Shown one piece after another: positions 61,279-64,000 of a stretch of DNA of 64,000 bases (the stretch's first letter is position 1; each line of letters begins with the position of its first letter). The translations under genes were made by a program, and so were the position numbers. This stretch comes from Blastocatellia bacterium UBA7656. GTDB lineage: Bacteria > Acidobacteriota > Blastocatellia > UBA7656. The stretch is taken from the NCBI GenBank assembly GCA_002483445.1, contig DLHY01000054.1, forward strand, positions 9,149 through 73,148. The letters are read 5' to 3'. The notes under the pieces were generated by a model. The model was not told the origin of the DNA. It made no database searches and saw only the letters and a program-made list of their open reading frames with translations.

Positions 61279-62166
61279 TCACTCACTGCCTGCTACGGGA
61301 ACCCATAGCACGGCGCGGCGCGTGACCTGTATGTTGCCGGGCTGAAGACCTATCTCGAATATGCCATACTCGTTTGCCAGCGCGGTGTACTCTTCATAGA
61401 GATTATGCAGCGCGTGGCTTGCTTCCTGTTCCAGTCGGCGCAGGTCTTCATGAAGCTCGGCTTCATCCCAGGGCGAATCCATATCAGACTGATCTTCCTT
61501 CGCGCCCAGCAACGACCCGGCGAGAGTCGAAAACATCCCGGCCAGACGGTTTTCACTTTGAAACAATTGAAGCTTTTGCGAAATGAAGCTTTCGAAGCTC
61601 AACCCTTCGGCCCGCTCCCCTTCGGACGAGTGAACCTCGCGTATCTGTTCAAGCTGCAGTTCGAATTTGTTGCGGAGGCTTCTCAGTTCCGGCCCTACGC
61701 GACCCAGCGCGGCTTCGGCCACGCGGGACAGGAAATCTTCCAGTTCTTCGTCAGGCGCGGCGAACAGCCCGAACACCGGATTGAAAAACACTTTGAGCCG
61801 CTCCGAGCGCGCCAGTTTATCGATAAGCTCGGTTTCGAACTGAGAGATATGCTCGCGGGTGGTCAGGTAATTCCCCGGTTTGTAAATAGCGTCCGGGGGC
61901 TGAGCGGATGAAGCGGTCGCGTTTTCGTCAAAGGTGACGGCGGGCGAGTCCCAGTCAAGGGGAAGCTCTCCTTCAGGAAGCCACGCGGTATAGGTTCGCT
62001 CTTCGGAATGATTGAGTCCGGCGCGCAGGCTGCGAAAATTTACCGAGCAATCGATGAGCGCGGCGGGCCTATAGACTGGCTCGGCAAAATCCTCCGCTCC
62101 GGCATAGCGGAACCAGAGTTCGACGACGCCTTCAACTCGGAGTTTGGGTGAGGGCTGCCCGGTCAT
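61279..62166 (-). CDS. hypothetical protein
   Basis: 295-aa ORF with no recognisable domain. Confidence 0.45.
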   Translation of the reverse strand: MTGQPSPKLRVEGVVELWFRYAGAEDFAEPVYRPAALIDCSVNFRSLRAGLNHSEERTYTAWLPEGELPLDWDSPAVTFDENATASSAQPPDAIYKPGNYLTTREHISQFETELIDKLARSERLKVFFNPVFGLFAAPDEELEDFLSRVAEAALGRVGPELRSLRNKFELQLEQIREVHSSEGERAEGLSFESFISQKLQLFQSENRLAGMFSTLAGSLLGAKEDQSDMDSPWDEAELHEDLRRLEQEASHALHNLYEEYTALANEYGIFEIGLQPGNIQVTRRAVLWVPVAGSE

Positions 62167-62245
62167 AAAGATGAAAACTTGTCCCGTGTCATTTGTCCCT
62201 TGTCAAAGAGCTAAGGACGAATGACAAGGGACAAATGACAAAGGG

Positions 62246-62989
62246 TCACTCATTGCTCATAGCCATCTCGGCTGATTGTTGCGGTTCATTGCGATAGAAG
62301 AGAATACGTCCGCAGCTTTCGCAGGTGATCATCTGATCGCCTCGGCGCACATCGCTGAAAACCTTTGGCCGGACTTTCATTCTGCAAGCGGTGCAAACGC
62401 CGTCGATGATTTCAGACAACGCCTGCCCTCGCTTGGTTCGGGACATCCGGTCGTAGATCGAAAACAGACTTCTGGGAAGTTTTTCGCAAAGCTGACGGCG
62501 GCGATTTTCAAGCTCGACGGACAGCCTCAGTGATTCTTCGCGCTCGCGGTCCAGCGAAGCGAGAGTCGTATCGACTTCGCCGCGTTTGGTTTCTATAGCG
62601 GGAGCCTGAACCTTCAACTCAGATTCCATCTGCTCGATCTCTTCCATGCGCTTGAGGGTTTCGGTTTCGAGCGAACTGATGAGTTTTTTCGAGGCATCGA
62701 TTTCGCGCAGGACTGCGGTGTATTCCTTCTCATTATTGACGCGCATCTTGTCCTGTTGAAATTTTTCGTGCTTTTGTTGTGTGTCTGCCAGGTCGGCTTC
62801 CAGTTGTTTACGGTCTTTGAGGGTTTGCTCGTATCTGTTTTTCAGTGCCAGGAACTCTGCCGCAAACTGGTTGAACTCGTTTTCTATCTGCTCCCGTTCA
62901 ACGGGTATCTTCGCCAGTCTCTCAGTAATGCGCAATATATCAAGGTCGAGTTCCTGGAGCTCGATGAGCTGACTCAATTCTGGGCTCAC
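62246..62989 (-). CDS. coiled-coil plus C4 zinc-ribbon protein (COG1579-like)
   Basis: Long coiled coil, then CTACRMKV...CESCGRILF zinc ribbon. Confidence 0.6.
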   Translation of the reverse strand: MSPELSQLIELQELDLDILRITERLAKIPVEREQIENEFNQFAAEFLALKNRYEQTLKDRKQLEADLADTQQKHEKFQQDKMRVNNEKEYTAVLREIDASKKLISSLETETLKRMEEIEQMESELKVQAPAIETKRGEVDTTLASLDREREESLRLSVELENRRRQLCEKLPRSLFSIYDRMSRTKRGQALSEIIDGVCTACRMKVRPKVFSDVRRGDQMITCESCGRILFYRNEPQQSAEMAMSNE

Positions 62990-63149
62990 AGGCGTCCTCC
63001 AACTTTATTCCTCGCCAGTCTACTACATCCAATCGCGATACTCAAGCAGTCCGTCTGAGCCATCGGCCCGAAAGTTCAAACTCATCAGTATTGCCTGCCG
63101 ACAGAGCGTAAGTTAGAATCTCTTTGCGCAAAATTTTTCGGAGGCAGAC

Positions 63150-63656
63150 ATGAAAATTTTTCTGACAGCTATCTTCCTCATCGCCTGCTCGATGCCGGCG
63201 CTCTCCATCGATCAGCAAGGCGATGATCTCAGGGTGATGCCGAAAATAAGCCTTCAGGACTTTGACGGAAAGACCGTCCAAAGCGATCAGTTCAAAGGCA
63301 GTATCGTCATCGTAGACCTGTGGGCCACCTGGTGCGGCCCATGCATCGCCGAAATTCCGGAGTACAACCGCCTCCAGGAAAAATACGCCGAGAAAGGCGT
63401 CAAGCTGGTGGGCGTGACTATGGCATCCGGCAAGGCGAAGGAGGTCAAACCTTTTATTGAACGCCACCAGATGAAATACACCATCCTGATGGGCGACGAC
63501 GATCAGGGCTACGAACTCAACATCGTGGGATTTCCCACCACTTACCTTGTGACAAGAGACTGGAAAATATTCCGCAAGTACGTCGGCGCAGGGCCGAGCA
63601 AGATCGCGCGACTCGAAGCCGATATCGAAAAACTTCTGGAGATGGAAAAGCAGTAG
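63150..63656 (+). CDS. TlpA/ResA-like periplasmic thiol-disulfide oxidoreductase
   Basis: Signal peptide and WATWCGPC thioredoxin motif. Confidence 0.8.
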   Translation: MKIFLTAIFLIACSMPALSIDQQGDDLRVMPKISLQDFDGKTVQSDQFKGSIVIVDLWATWCGPCIAEIPEYNRLQEKYAEKGVKLVGVTMASGKAKEVKPFIERHQMKYTILMGDDDQGYELNIVGFPTTYLVTRDWKIFRKYVGAGPSKIARLEADIEKLLEMEKQ

Positions 63657-63737
63657 AGAGAAGTTTGGAGTCCAGGCTCCGGATCATCTGATTTCAAAAC
63701 CTGCAACCTGAAAAGCGAATTGTAAATACGGCATTGA

Positions 63738-64000
63738 CTAGCCGCGACCAGTTGCCGCTTTGCGAGCTTTCAGCGCAGGTTTTTGTGAACGCTGGCGACG
63801 ATGTTTGGCTCCCATCATACGACCGTTCTGATAGTATTTCTCGACGCGCTTTGAAAGCGTGTTGCGGTGAATGCGCAGTTCTTCGGCGGCTTTTGAAAGA
63901 TTTCCGTTGGTTCGTTTAAGCACGGCGAGTATGAAGTGCTTTTCAAATTCCGCCACCGCATCTTCGAAGAAAATTCCTCCATCTACCATCTCTGCCACCA
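63738..64000 (-). CDS. Fis-type HTH C-terminus of a (probably sigma-54-dependent) regulator; partial, continues beyond the window
   Basis: HTH_8 motif (NGNLSKAAEELRIHRNTLSKRV); the track's start is an internal Met. Confidence 0.5.
   Translation of the reverse strand, partial: VAEMVDGGIFFEDAVAEFEKHFILAVLKRTNGNLSKAAEELRIHRNTLSKRVEKYYQNGRMMGAKHRRQRSQKPALKARKAATGRG

Noticed and set aside
1-64000. Mobile elements, integrases, CRISPR arrays, rRNA or tRNA genes
   Set aside because: No transposase or integrase-like ORF was found. No regularly spaced direct-repeat array fits CRISPR, since the heptamer arrays are contiguous without spacers. No tRNA cloverleaf candidates were seen in the intergenic regions inspected.

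Overview
High-GC chromosomal window from a Gram-negative bacterium. The TonB-dependent receptors with carboxypeptidase-regulatory-like N-termini and the density of signalling genes suggest an Acidobacteria-like organism; this is inference only.

Content, in order:
- A large chemosensory locus (1-14729): EAL tail, CheY-like regulator, coiled-coil/GAF protein, CheD, CheA, then TonB-C/two TonB-dependent receptors/TonB-C, then MCP, CheW, CheR, CheB.
- A tandem-HTH XRE regulator and an internal fragment of comM/yifB (pseudogene remnant).
- A minus-strand block: DUF983, response regulator, DAGK-like lipid kinase, CorC/HlyC transporter, glpK.
- A secreted S8 subtilase with a C-terminal heptapeptide-repeat region.
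- Two tandem paralogous membrane HD-GYP proteins, the second fused to GAF and GGDEF.
- AhpD-like CMD protein, an esterase, a SirB1-like TPR protein, a PEGA/TPR protein, a glutaredoxin-fold protein and xseA.
- A multi-PAS histidine kinase, a stand-alone receiver and a hybrid histidine kinase.
- A cupin, a periplasmic rhodanese interrupted by an in-frame TGA, and a large beta-propeller/IPT-TIG secreted protein.
- The RNase P RNA gene rnpB, which the ORF track mis-reads as protein.
- TPR protein, a TRASH-like small membrane protein, an orphan zf-HC2 anti-sigma factor, a PolA-family polymerase lacking the 5' nuclease domain, pepP, two small hypotheticals, a beta-propeller phytase, nth, a PQQ-propeller protein, an HhH-GPD glycosylase and queF.
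- An ABC transporter plus rhomboid operon, nadK, DUF1330, a hypothetical, a COG1579 Zn-ribbon protein, TlpA, and the tail of a Fis-HTH regulator.

No transposase, integrase, CRISPR array, rRNA or tRNA was recognised.

Non-coding structure worth noting:
- A family of CTGAY-core heptamer tandem arrays arranged as inverted pairs in intergenic regions.
- An ~85-nt element present in two copies.
- G-rich REP-like palindromes present in two copies.
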